The notes below the pieces were generated by a model, which worked only from the letters and a program-made list of their open reading frames with translations, was not told where the DNA came from and searched no databases. A stretch of 64,000 bases of DNA from Candidatus Sericytochromatia bacterium (GTDB lineage Bacteria; Cyanobacteriota; Sericytochromatia; UBA7694): assembly GCA_963797915.1 (NCBI GenBank), contig CAWCRG010000005.1, forward strand, positions 14,844 to 78,843. Reading direction: 5' to 3'. Positions 17,441-26,221 of the stretch are shown here, piece after piece (within the stretch, counting starts at the first letter, position 1; the number at the start of each line of letters is the position of its first letter). Position numbers and translations under genes: made by a program.

Positions 17441-17604
17441 GCCTGATCCTCCTCTAAAGGCAAATTGCCCAGGTAGGCGTAAAGCTCGCCTCGTTTTCTC
17501 TGCATGACAAAGAGCAACATCAGCATAAAAAAACTAAAGAAAATCAACAGGCCAGCTAAGCTTAAGTAAGGCATGTGAAAGAATTGCATTACTTCTGATT
17601 TCAT
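17437..17604 (-). CDS. ccoQ: CcoQ-like small membrane subunit (55 aa)
   Basis: An untracked ORF reads MKSEVMQFFHMPYLSLAGLLIFFSFFMLMLLFVMQRKRGELYAYLGNLPLEEDQA. It overlaps both ccoNO and ccoP in ATGA arrangements. Confidence 0.7.
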   Translation of the reverse strand: MKSEVMQFFHMPYLSLAGLLIFFSFFMLMLLFVMQRKRGELYAYLGNLPLEEDQA

Positions 17605-19811
17605 GGGGTTCCTCCTGTAAAGTCACTGCTGGGTTTGCCTAGACGCTGTAAATAAGCGATCAAAGCCACCACTTCACGAGATTCTAATGCGTCGTCTTTG
17701 ACGCCACCCTCTCGTAGACTATCACTAATGATTTTTGCCTGGGCTTTTGCGTCTTTTTCTGCATCCTGAACGGCTTTGTCTGAGTAAGGAACCCCAAGGG
17801 TTTGCATCACACTCAGCTTTTTGTTCAGAATAGCAAAATCTGTTTTATTCTGAGCCAGCCACGGGTAGTTCGGCATGATGGACTGCGAGATCAGATCGCG
17901 GGGGTTGATCATGTGGCGGTAATGCCACATATCGGGATACTTTCCACCCACTCGTGCCAGGTCCGGTCCCGTACGTTTAGAGCCCCACTGAAAGGGACGA
18001 TCATACTGAGATTCCGCGACAGTGCTCGGCTTTCCGTAACGCAAGGTTTCGTCAAGCATCGGACGTATCATTTGAGAGTGGCAAGTGTAGCAGCCTTCTT
18101 TGACAAACAGGTCGCGGCCCGCCAGCTCAAGCGAGGTGTAGGGTTTATGCTCCTTACTTCGGGGCACAAACTCCTGCATGGTTAAAGCGGGAATAATTTC
18201 AATCACTGAACCCACCAATACCGCTAAAAGAGCCAATACGCTAAACACAGCAGGCAAGCCCTCGATGATACGGTGTGGATTTTGATCGCCACCCAAAACA
18301 CTCGCAGGTAACTTGGTAATACTGACCAAAGCAGGTGCATGGTGTTCTTTCTCTTCTTCAATATGACCGGACTTAATGGTTTTATAGAGGTTATAAACCA
18401 TGATGCAAAACCCGATAATAAAAAGGGTTCCACCCAGAGCACGTACCCAATAAAGCGGAACAATGCGGGTGACGGTTTCAATAAAGTCAGGGTAAGTGAG
18501 TCGGCCTTCTGCGTTCATCGCACGCCACATCAGGCCCTGAGTCACACCGGCAATCCAGAGCGAAACCATGTAAGTGCTGGTGCCCGCAACCCCGAACCAA
18601 AAATGGACATTGGCGAGCTTTTTACTATAGAGCTCGGTGTTCCAGAGGCGAGGGATTAAATAGTACAAAATACCGAAGGTCAAGAGTCCGTTCCAACCGA
18701 GGGTTCCGCCATGAACGTGTCCGATGGTCCAATCGGTGTAGTGACTCAGAGAGTTGACGGCTTTAATCGAAAGCAGAGGGCCTTCGAAGGTGGCCATACC
18801 GTAAAAGGTAAGGGCCGCTACGAAAAACTTAATGACAGGCTCTGTGCGTAAACGATCCCAGGCACCCCGTAGGGTCAATAGGCCGTTAATCATACCGCCC
18901 CAGCTGGGCGCCCACAACATAATTGAGAGCACCATGCCCAGGGTCTGTGCCCACTCAGGCATAGCCGTGTAGAGCAGATGGTGGGGGCCAGCCCAAATAT
19001 AAATAAAGATCAGTGCCCAGAAATGCACAATTGATAAGCGATAAGAATAAACAGGACGTTTAGCCGCTTTGGGGACGTAGTAATACATCAGCCCTAAAAA
19101 CGGAGTCGTCAGTACAAAGGCCACTGCATTGTGCCCGTACCACCACTGCACCATGGCGTCCTGTACGCCAGCGTACACCGGGTAAGACTGTAAAAAACTG
19201 ACGGGCAGCGCAATGGCGTTTACCACATGGAGCAGCGCAACGGTAATCAGTGTAGAAATATAGAACCAAATGGCCACATAGATATGACGCTCTCTTCGTC
19301 TGAAGATAGTCATAAAAAAGTTGACAGAAAACATCACCCAAATCACTGTGATGGCAATGTCAATGGGCCATTCGAGTTCGGCATACTCCTTGCCGGCGGT
19401 GTACCCAAAGGGTAAGGTCAGGGCAGCGGCCACAATAATGGCTTGCCACCCCCAAAAATGAATGCGACTCATCAGGTCTGAGAACATGCGCGTTTTTAAT
19501 AAACGCTGACTGGAATGATAGATTCCCATAAAAATAGCGTTGCCTGCAAAGGCAAAAATAGCTGCATTGGTGTGCAAAGGGCGCAAGCGTCCAAAGGTTA
19601 ACCAGGGCAGATTAAAGTTAAAGGGCCAGTAGGCCAATTGTAAAGCAGCCAGTAATCCCACTAAAAAAGAAACCAGTGCCCAACCTACGGTGGCGTAGGC
19701 AAAGAAACGCACGATTTGGTCATCGTAGCGAAAACTTTCGGGTTCCGGCTTGAAGGGAATGGCTGCATCCTGCTCTGAAAAGTCAGAGAGGCTGTGATCA
19801 GCGGTTGACAT
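17601..19811 (-). CDS. ccoNO: fused cbb3 oxidase subunits I+II (CcoN-CcoO)
   Basis: The N-terminal portion of about 480 aa is a heme-copper oxidase with 12 or more TM segments (HFWALIF, GHVHGG). The C-terminal part has a TM anchor plus CYTCH, as in CcoO. Confidence 0.92.
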   Translation of the reverse strand: MSTADHSLSDFSEQDAAIPFKPEPESFRYDDQIVRFFAYATVGWALVSFLVGLLAALQLAYWPFNFNLPWLTFGRLRPLHTNAAIFAFAGNAIFMGIYHSSQRLLKTRMFSDLMSRIHFWGWQAIIVAAALTLPFGYTAGKEYAELEWPIDIAITVIWVMFSVNFFMTIFRRRERHIYVAIWFYISTLITVALLHVVNAIALPVSFLQSYPVYAGVQDAMVQWWYGHNAVAFVLTTPFLGLMYYYVPKAAKRPVYSYRLSIVHFWALIFIYIWAGPHHLLYTAMPEWAQTLGMVLSIMLWAPSWGGMINGLLTLRGAWDRLRTEPVIKFFVAALTFYGMATFEGPLLSIKAVNSLSHYTDWTIGHVHGGTLGWNGLLTFGILYYLIPRLWNTELYSKKLANVHFWFGVAGTSTYMVSLWIAGVTQGLMWRAMNAEGRLTYPDFIETVTRIVPLYWVRALGGTLFIIGFCIMVYNLYKTIKSGHIEEEKEHHAPALVSITKLPASVLGGDQNPHRIIEGLPAVFSVLALLAVLVGSVIEIIPALTMQEFVPRSKEHKPYTSLELAGRDLFVKEGCYTCHSQMIRPMLDETLRYGKPSTVAESQYDRPFQWGSKRTGPDLARVGGKYPDMWHYRHMINPRDLISQSIMPNYPWLAQNKTDFAILNKKLSVMQTLGVPYSDKAVQDAEKDAKAQAKIISDSLREGGVKDDALESREVVALIAYLQRLGKPSSDFTGGTP

Positions 19812-19815
19812 AAAA

Positions 19816-19962
19816 TTACCTTTCTAATTCGTCATAAAGAATGCGGTGTGCCGGGGTTTCGAGATCATCGAATTGCCCCGTACGGCTTGCCCATAAAAAG
19901 GCAAGTAAAAACACAAAAGATACAAAAATCGCCAGGGGCACGAATAAAATCAAGACCTCCAT
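19816..19962 (-). CDS. ccoS: CcoS/FixS cbb3 maturation protein (48 aa)
   Basis: An untracked ORF reads MEVLILFVPLAIFVSFVFLLAFLWASRTGQFDDLETPAHRILYDELER. It overlaps the ccoI 3' end by 13 nt. Confidence 0.8.
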   Translation of the reverse strand: MEVLILFVPLAIFVSFVFLLAFLWASRTGQFDDLETPAHRILYDELER

Positions 19963-22343
19963 ATGTGGTGACCTCCCACGGCAATGGCCATCACAATAAA
20001 TGCGCTAATGGGCATTAAGATGGCGGCGCTAAGCGGCGTAATATACCCGGCGACCGCCGCACCAATGGCAATCAGGTTATAAACCAATGCAAAGCCAAGG
20101 GTGATGAGCAGCAAGCGGCGCGTATTTTTAGCCAGCTCCAGAACGCCGGGTAGCTGAAGAATGCCCTGCTCAGCCAAATAGATGTCGGACTGAGATACGT
20201 TTTCTTCGAGCCCTCCCTGCACAGAAATACCGACTTCGGCACAAGACAGCGCTTCAAGGTCGTTAATGCCGTCGCCTATCATGATGGCCTTATGGCGCTG
20301 TAAAAACTGGGCCTTGTCTTCGGGGGTTTGCCCATAAAAGACGTGCTCTAAGGAGATATCGAGGTGACGGGCCACTTGATAACAAGCAGCCTTGCTATCG
20401 CCGGAAAGTATGTACAAGTTATAGCCAGCGGTTTTAAGTTGTTCAATCATCGGCTTAACGTCGGCTCTGATGGCGTCCCCGAGGCGGATTTGCGTTTTTA
20501 ACTCGGCTTTTTCAGCATCATTTTCCATGCGCAAGACATGCAGATGGAGTTCTGGCTGCTCAGCAGCCTCATAAGCAACAGGTTGAATTTTCCAGGTATG
20601 AAACACCCCGGCCCGGTCTTCGACTTCGCCAGCGATTCCCCCGGCTGGAAGAATTTGAAAATGACGAACAGCCTTCACGCTTTGGGGGTGTTGGTTCTGA
20701 ATGTATCGCACAAGAGAGGCCGCTACGGGGTGTTGAGAGCAGGATTCCAGGGCCAGTACGGCGCTGCTCACTTCGCCGTCAAAAAAGTCAGAGCGGCTCC
20801 AGAGGACGTCAAAGCGACCCTGTGTCAGGGTGCCCGTTTTATCAAAGACCAGGGTCTTAACAGTAGGAAGGGTTTCTAGTACATTGGGGTGACGAATAAA
20901 AATTCCTTTGTTAAGCGCTGATTTTAGAGCCAGGTGAAAAATCAGGGGCGTGGCTAATGCCAAACCGCAGGGGCAGGCAATAATGCTCAGGGCCAAAAAA
21001 CGAGATAGAGCGATGGTGGGTTGCTCCCAAAAGCGAAAGAAAATGAATATAGAGAGGGTAACAATCCCCAGTGCCAATAGCTGAGCCGCTTTTTCAGCAG
21101 AGCGAATCCAGCGTGATTTTTGGGCTGAAAAATGTCTGGAGGTTTCGATGATCTTTCCCAGACGGGTATCATTACCCATGGCCAACACTTCGATATCCAG
21201 GGCATTTTGTTGGTTTTGTGTGCCACGGTAAACCCAGTCTCCAGGGGCAACTTTTAAAGGGTAGGGCTCACCGGTTAAGAGGGCCTGATCGACCCGTGAA
21301 TGCCCCAAAATGACTTTTCCGTCAACGGCAAACGTTTGTCCTTGAAAAAACCGCAGATGATCGCCCACCTGAATGGCCGCCAGGGCGACTTTCTCAAAGC
21401 CTGCTTTTGTTTTACGCGTGACTTTATCATTGAAGGTTTCAAAGTGAGGGTGGCTTTCACTCCAAATCTTTTGTTGTGTGCGTAGGAGCAGATAGCGACT
21501 AAACAGTAATAAAAACACGAGCATGCTAAGGGAGTCAAAGTACAGTTGACGACTCCCTAAAAACATCTCGTATAAACTGCCGGCTCCTCCCAATAAGAGA
21601 GAGAGAGCGATGGGGGTATCGCTAGAAAAACGCCGTGTTTTAAGGGCGCTAAATAACCCCTTCTCGTAAAATGGCCAGGCTGAAAAGAGCAGAACCGGCA
21701 GGGCCAGTAGCAGAGACAGGGCTTCAAAGTAGCGTGCCAGTGTACCCTCAATACCCGCATAGCTTGCCAGCGATAAAATCATTAAATTACCACTGCAAAA
21801 AGCGGCAATGCCAATACGCCATAACATGGTGTGTCGTTCGTCTGTGGCGAGCTTTTCTTCTTGACCCGCTTCAGCTAGCCACGTGGCTTTGTATCCCCAC
21901 TGCTGTAGCTGTTGTACGATGACGTTTCGGTCGGCAGTATTGTTGAGGTGGAGGCTCAGAATGTGGGTGGACATATCCATGCGCGCACTGCGGATATCTG
22001 TAATAAATAGCGGGAGTTGCTCAATTAGCCAGAGGCATGCTGTGCAGTGTACCCCTTGAATATAAAAGCGGTGATCGCCTGCCGGCAGCATGTTTTCATG
22101 ATCAGAAGTCTTTGTGCTTATCTGTTGAGGTCTGGGAAAGCGGGCTGCCTCGCCCGAAACTTCGTCGCGCAAGTGGTAGTAGGCACCGAGGTTTTGCGCT
22201 TGCAAAATAGAATACACCATTTTGCAGGCTTCACAGCAAAACTCTGGCTGCGAAGCCAATAAGGTATCGTGGCAGTGCAGACAGTAAGCTTTTGCTTTTG
22301 CGCTGGTATCGGTCGTTAAAAAAACGGGCTTATCTTTTTGCAT
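19950..22343 (-). CDS. ccoI: copper-translocating P-type ATPase CcoI/FixI
   Basis: P-type ATPase motifs are present: DKTGTLT, a CPC motif (IACPCGLALATP) and GDGINDLEAL. An N-terminal Cys-rich domain and an HMA motif (GVHCTAC) are also present. Confidence 0.92.
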   Translation of the reverse strand: MQKDKPVFLTTDTSAKAKAYCLHCHDTLLASQPEFCCEACKMVYSILQAQNLGAYYHLRDEVSGEAARFPRPQQISTKTSDHENMLPAGDHRFYIQGVHCTACLWLIEQLPLFITDIRSARMDMSTHILSLHLNNTADRNVIVQQLQQWGYKATWLAEAGQEEKLATDERHTMLWRIGIAAFCSGNLMILSLASYAGIEGTLARYFEALSLLLALPVLLFSAWPFYEKGLFSALKTRRFSSDTPIALSLLLGGAGSLYEMFLGSRQLYFDSLSMLVFLLLFSRYLLLRTQQKIWSESHPHFETFNDKVTRKTKAGFEKVALAAIQVGDHLRFFQGQTFAVDGKVILGHSRVDQALLTGEPYPLKVAPGDWVYRGTQNQQNALDIEVLAMGNDTRLGKIIETSRHFSAQKSRWIRSAEKAAQLLALGIVTLSIFIFFRFWEQPTIALSRFLALSIIACPCGLALATPLIFHLALKSALNKGIFIRHPNVLETLPTVKTLVFDKTGTLTQGRFDVLWSRSDFFDGEVSSAVLALESCSQHPVAASLVRYIQNQHPQSVKAVRHFQILPAGGIAGEVEDRAGVFHTWKIQPVAYEAAEQPELHLHVLRMENDAEKAELKTQIRLGDAIRADVKPMIEQLKTAGYNLYILSGDSKAACYQVARHLDISLEHVFYGQTPEDKAQFLQRHKAIMIGDGINDLEALSCAEVGISVQGGLEENVSQSDIYLAEQGILQLPGVLELAKNTRRLLLITLGFALVYNLIAIGAAVAGYITPLSAAILMPISAFIVMAIAVGGHHIWRS

Positions 22344-22439
22344 GCTACACCTACACTCCTGCAGTGATTATAGGTGTAGGGCTTGCAAAGAACATTGGTC
22401 AAGGACAATGGACTTATTGATTCTGCATAAGGTCAGTTA

Positions 22440-22453
22440 TTGATCTAAATCAA
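22440..22453 (-). promoter_or_regulatory. perfect FNR/FixK box TTGAT-N4-ATCAA upstream of ccoI
   Basis: The site reads TTGATctaaATCAA and is centred about 103 nt upstream of the ccoI ATG. It overlaps the NUDIX stop codon. A weaker half-site (TTGATtctgCATAA) lies at 22427-22440. Confidence 0.65.
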
Positions 22454-22876
22454 TAACCCTTCCGGTACCAGACGCTTTTTTTGCTGAATAAAGTCTTGTA
22501 GAGGCACCCATATGACCGGAAAGGGCGTTCCGTCGTCCTCATGGGCAATAATACGGGGTTGGGTATATAAAAAGTCGTCAGCTAAATCGGCCTGATACAC
22601 CCGCACCAATTCATGGCAGATTTGCCCTTTATAGGTGAAGATATTTTCCAGGGTTTCTCGGTAGAGCGGGGGGCCAAGGCGATGTCCCGTTTCTTCAAAA
22701 AACTCCCGCTGTACGGCCTGCTCGCCGCTTTCTCCCAACTCAATACCCCCGCCCAACGGGCGGTAAAAGTAAGCTTCGCTCACGGGGTCGACTCCTTCGA
22801 GCACTAACCACTTTTGCTCATGTTCGACAATGCAAATAGCAATACAGCGAATGCGTGAACGATCGGTGGGTGACAT
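22445..22876 (-). CDS. NUDIX hydrolase
   Basis: The Nudix box is present (GGGIELGESGEQAVQREFFEETG). The ATG at 22876 is preceded by GAGGAG at an 8-nt spacing; the track start at 22891 is a TTG. Confidence 0.85.
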   Translation of the reverse strand: MSPTDRSRIRCIAICIVEHEQKWLVLEGVDPVSEAYFYRPLGGGIELGESGEQAVQREFFEETGHRLGPPLYRETLENIFTYKGQICHELVRVYQADLADDFLYTQPRIIAHEDDGTPFPVIWVPLQDFIQQKKRLVPEGLLI

Positions 22877-22900
22877 AATAAAACTCCTCAAGAGACAAAC

Positions 22901-22926
22901 AAAAAGCCTGCATATGCAGGCTTTTT
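22901..22926 (-). terminator. rho-independent terminator after the two-gene operon
   Basis: The sequence is AAAAA-GCCTGCATATGCAGGC-TTTTT. On the minus strand the stem is followed by TTTTTGTTTG. Confidence 0.75.
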
Positions 22927-22946
22927 AGAATAAAAGATAAGAACGG

Positions 22947-23603
22947 TTAGCGAATGATTGCGAAGACGGCATCCAAATTACCGATGGCGACACTCAATAC
23001 CTTGGTTACACCTTCAATGGAATTGGAGATATCAGCAATACGACTGTTGACGGCAGCCAGAGCAAGACCGGTTACACCGTCGTATTTGATATTGCCCACC
23101 AGAGTACCCGTAAAGGTAGCGTCTGAAGGGGGATTGCCCGCGCCGTCTTTTACTACCTTGTCAATATTATCCCAATAGGCGTTACGGTAAATATCGCCAG
23201 TAATGGGGTTAACGGCAAAACTATCATTGACGTTATTCAGTGCCAATGCTGCTGTTAGGGGGTCATCGTTAATCGGCTGCGATGAAGGGGGATCAGTTTG
23301 GGGGAAAATGTCTGGCTGGATTGTGCCATCTAAGCTTTCTTTACTGACCTTGTGCTCCTGGTCAAAGTTGTCCTTAAGCCAAAGCTCAAAGATGGGTAGA
23401 GTGCCTTCTTTGTCGTAACGCACTTTGATAAAAGTAGGATACTTGAAGGGAACGGCCTGATCATCTTCAATCTCAAGGACTTGAGAAGTGTCATCTTTAT
23501 CGCGAGGACTTGGAATGACCAGTGTTCTTGAAAGACGAGCTTGTTCGGCTCTCATGGGGCGGTAATCAAAACTTGCGGTTCCAAAGGCTACGGGTACAAC
23601 CAT
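22947..23603 (-). CDS. unknown protein (218 aa), paralogous at its termini to the upstream 489-aa protein
   Basis: The ATG is preceded by AAGGAG at 8 nt. The C-terminus (EGVTKVLSVAIGNLDAVFAIIR) aligns with that of the partner. I recognise no family. Confidence 0.7.
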   Translation of the reverse strand: MVVPVAFGTASFDYRPMRAEQARLSRTLVIPSPRDKDDTSQVLEIEDDQAVPFKYPTFIKVRYDKEGTLPIFELWLKDNFDQEHKVSKESLDGTIQPDIFPQTDPPSSQPINDDPLTAALALNNVNDSFAVNPITGDIYRNAYWDNIDKVVKDGAGNPPSDATFTGTLVGNIKYDGVTGLALAAVNSRIADISNSIEGVTKVLSVAIGNLDAVFAIIR

Positions 23604-23615
23604 TTTTAATTCTCC

Positions 23616-25085
23616 TTAGCGAATAACAGATATTATGCTTTTAAATTGATTTGTGTCGGTTCCTGCGATAATGGTGGTTAGAGAAGCCAGGACACCCTGG
23701 GCTTTCTGTAACGCGTCGTTTGTGTCTTCAAGCGCAACCTGATCTTGAAGTCTAAACTCGATTTTTCCTACAATACCGAGAACACTGCGCTTAGAGGCTG
23801 ACCAGTCAAGGGTATTAATCGACTCGTAAGAATCCGTGGTAGAAAGGTCAACACCATTGAATATACCTTCTACGCGAATTCCCCGAGAGCTTGCTGAGTT
23901 GGTCTGTGTGGCACGAATAACCAAATGATTATTGCCCGCTTTGATAAAACGTTGAATGTAAACGTCGGGGTCGATACTTTCGTTCGCTTTGAGTTGATCG
24001 TTTTGATAGATCGGATCAAAGAAAGGAATGGTGATGATTCCACCCGTATTATTAATCGCGAGCTTGGCTCCGTTGAGCTCTACTTCGTAAGTGACTCCAG
24101 GAGGAGAAGAAATACGTATGTTTGAATACTCTCCGTCAGGGGGAGAGAGATTAAAGTTGGTGGTAACACCAGGGCCCGCAATGGGGACGAGTGGTTCACT
24201 ACCACTGGCGACGGGATCTACCGGGTTGCCCAGCTCCTCTGGACCTACGGGGGGGTCCGTTAAACCGCCAACAGGAGGTGCGACTGCCGGAGGTGGAGTC
24301 GTGCGCACCGGTATCATTTTCCCAAAATGATAAGGAACGTTACGCAGGCCTTCAGGGTGCCAGATGTAGTCGGTGAAGGCTCCTCCTGCAGGTAAAGGTG
24401 TTGGAGTGCCTAACCCTCCCGGTGGTAAAGCTGCTGTAGAGCTTAGTCCGGTTGTAGGGCGGTATCTTATTAAGCCATTGATACGATCAACCTGGTACCT
24501 GTTTTCATCGACTGAATACGAACCGTAGCGGTCGGTCACTCGGTATGTTTCGTTGAGGAAAGGATTAACGTATTCACGACCCTTGACCAAAATGAGCGAT
24601 CCTATGCCGGGCGGACTAGATAGAGCCGCGTTTAAGCTAAAAGAGTTGCCGGCTATTCCCGTAATGGTTCGCACATCGCCATTGATCTCTACTTCGGTTC
24701 CAACGGTGAAGTCGCCTTCGAGGCGGTTCGGGTCAAATACAATATTATTGTTCGTAGAGCCTGATGCTGTTAGTCCAATATAGCGAACGGAGTTGGCAAA
24801 CATATTCTCAATAAAAAGCGGGGTGCCGGCTCTGAGATCGTAATCTCCTGTGTTTGTGTAGGCGGCATTTGAGTTGGGGGTACGCACAACGCGGTCTATC
24901 TCAGCGGACATTTCTTCATCTAAATTGCCGTAATTTAAGACATTGGTCAGATAGGTTTTGCGGGTTTGAATACCGTTCAGCTCAAGCATGCGGGAGCGCA
25001 CGTCCAGCAAAAGGGCTTCGTAGTTTTGTGTGTTCGCGTAAAATGTTCCACCGTCTACGGGACGGCTTCCACCGACTGCAACCAT
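23616..25085 (-). CDS. unknown protein (489 aa): helical termini, beta-rich core and a Pro-rich linker
   Basis: The ATG is preceded by AGGAG at 9 nt. The C-terminus reads QGVLASLTTIIAGTDTNQFKSIISVIR, and the central stretch PPPAVAPPVGGLTDPPVGPEE is Pro-rich. I recognise no family. Confidence 0.7.
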   Translation of the reverse strand: MVAVGGSRPVDGGTFYANTQNYEALLLDVRSRMLELNGIQTRKTYLTNVLNYGNLDEEMSAEIDRVVRTPNSNAAYTNTGDYDLRAGTPLFIENMFANSVRYIGLTASGSTNNNIVFDPNRLEGDFTVGTEVEINGDVRTITGIAGNSFSLNAALSSPPGIGSLILVKGREYVNPFLNETYRVTDRYGSYSVDENRYQVDRINGLIRYRPTTGLSSTAALPPGGLGTPTPLPAGGAFTDYIWHPEGLRNVPYHFGKMIPVRTTPPPAVAPPVGGLTDPPVGPEELGNPVDPVASGSEPLVPIAGPGVTTNFNLSPPDGEYSNIRISSPPGVTYEVELNGAKLAINNTGGIITIPFFDPIYQNDQLKANESIDPDVYIQRFIKAGNNHLVIRATQTNSASSRGIRVEGIFNGVDLSTTDSYESINTLDWSASKRSVLGIVGKIEFRLQDQVALEDTNDALQKAQGVLASLTTIIAGTDTNQFKSIISVIR

Positions 25086-25293
25086 ATTTTAACGCTCCTG
25101 ATGTCTTTATGTGCCCGATAGTTCTTTGGCTGTCTATATTCTAGGGAAGTCGCTGCGAGAACTAGGGTGACTTAATCCCATTTTAACAAAAACAAATTAA
25201 AGAATAAAGGTTTACGGGGGTTTTTTAACAACAGTCGCTATGATAAACTGAATCTTAATAATTTAAGACAATATTTATAGTAAAGGGTTACTT

Positions 25294-26217
25294 ATGTTTC
25301 CAACTGCATTAATCTACAGCTCTCACAACCGTAGCGAAGATATTCACCGCTGGTGGATTGTGGAACGCGCCTTACAAAATCCCACCAACAAATCTGTGTT
25401 GTACTTACCCATGTCAATGGGAGAGCAAGATAGCCAGGACTATAGCTGGGGAACTTTCCGCTGGTATTTTGAGCGCTTTCGCCAATGGGGTCTCGAACCC
25501 CTGCACTTTTTTTGGAACGATCATTTAAGCAAAGAAGACATTGATCAGCTTTTTGACTGGCTACACACCACCGAAGTGGTTATTTTGGGCGGCGGAAGCA
25601 GCACGTTAGGTATGCAGCGTTACCGTGCTCTGGGCCAGAAGTATTATGGTGATCCTGATATCTTTGTACGTATTCTTCACGGACGCCAGGAACGAGGCCA
25701 GCTTACCGTTGGTTTTTCTGCTGGTGCCGATCAGCTCTGTTCAAGCATGATGGGTGCTGTAGAGTCTGGACAAAATATGCCTGGTTTTGGTCTGGCGCGT
25801 AACGTCATGTGCACACTCCACCACGAGTGGGGACGTGAAGGCGAGTTACAATATGCCGCTAGCCGTTATTCAGACCATATGGTCTTTGGCTTGCCTAACG
25901 ACTCGGGTCTGGCCGTTGATCAGGGAACCCTTGCCTCTGGCAATATCTGGCAGATCATTGAGTTTGTTGTCGACAGCAGCTGGGATATTGCAGCTGAACA
26001 GTTTCACATCAAAACGCGCCAGGGTATGAACGTAGAGCATTACTATGCTGATGGTCGTCATTGGAGCTTTAAAAATGGCAGCCGTATGGTGCGTGTGATG
26101 ACGCCTGACAGTCGCTATCAAGATGCCTGGATTGTACAAAATGGTCAAATTTATGACTATGCAACCCACAATTTAAGCTACTACCCCAATATTGAATCTA
26201 TTTTGGCCTCTCACTAG
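25294..26217 (+). CDS. peptidase S51 (dipeptidase E-like) / type 1 glutamine amidotransferase-like protein
   Basis: VVILGGGSSTLGM and the nucleophile-elbow motif GFSAGAD resemble peptidase E. Confidence 0.5.
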   Translation: MFPTALIYSSHNRSEDIHRWWIVERALQNPTNKSVLYLPMSMGEQDSQDYSWGTFRWYFERFRQWGLEPLHFFWNDHLSKEDIDQLFDWLHTTEVVILGGGSSTLGMQRYRALGQKYYGDPDIFVRILHGRQERGQLTVGFSAGADQLCSSMMGAVESGQNMPGFGLARNVMCTLHHEWGREGELQYAASRYSDHMVFGLPNDSGLAVDQGTLASGNIWQIIEFVVDSSWDIAAEQFHIKTRQGMNVEHYYADGRHWSFKNGSRMVRVMTPDSRYQDAWIVQNGQIYDYATHNLSYYPNIESILASH

Positions 26218-26221
26218 ATTT

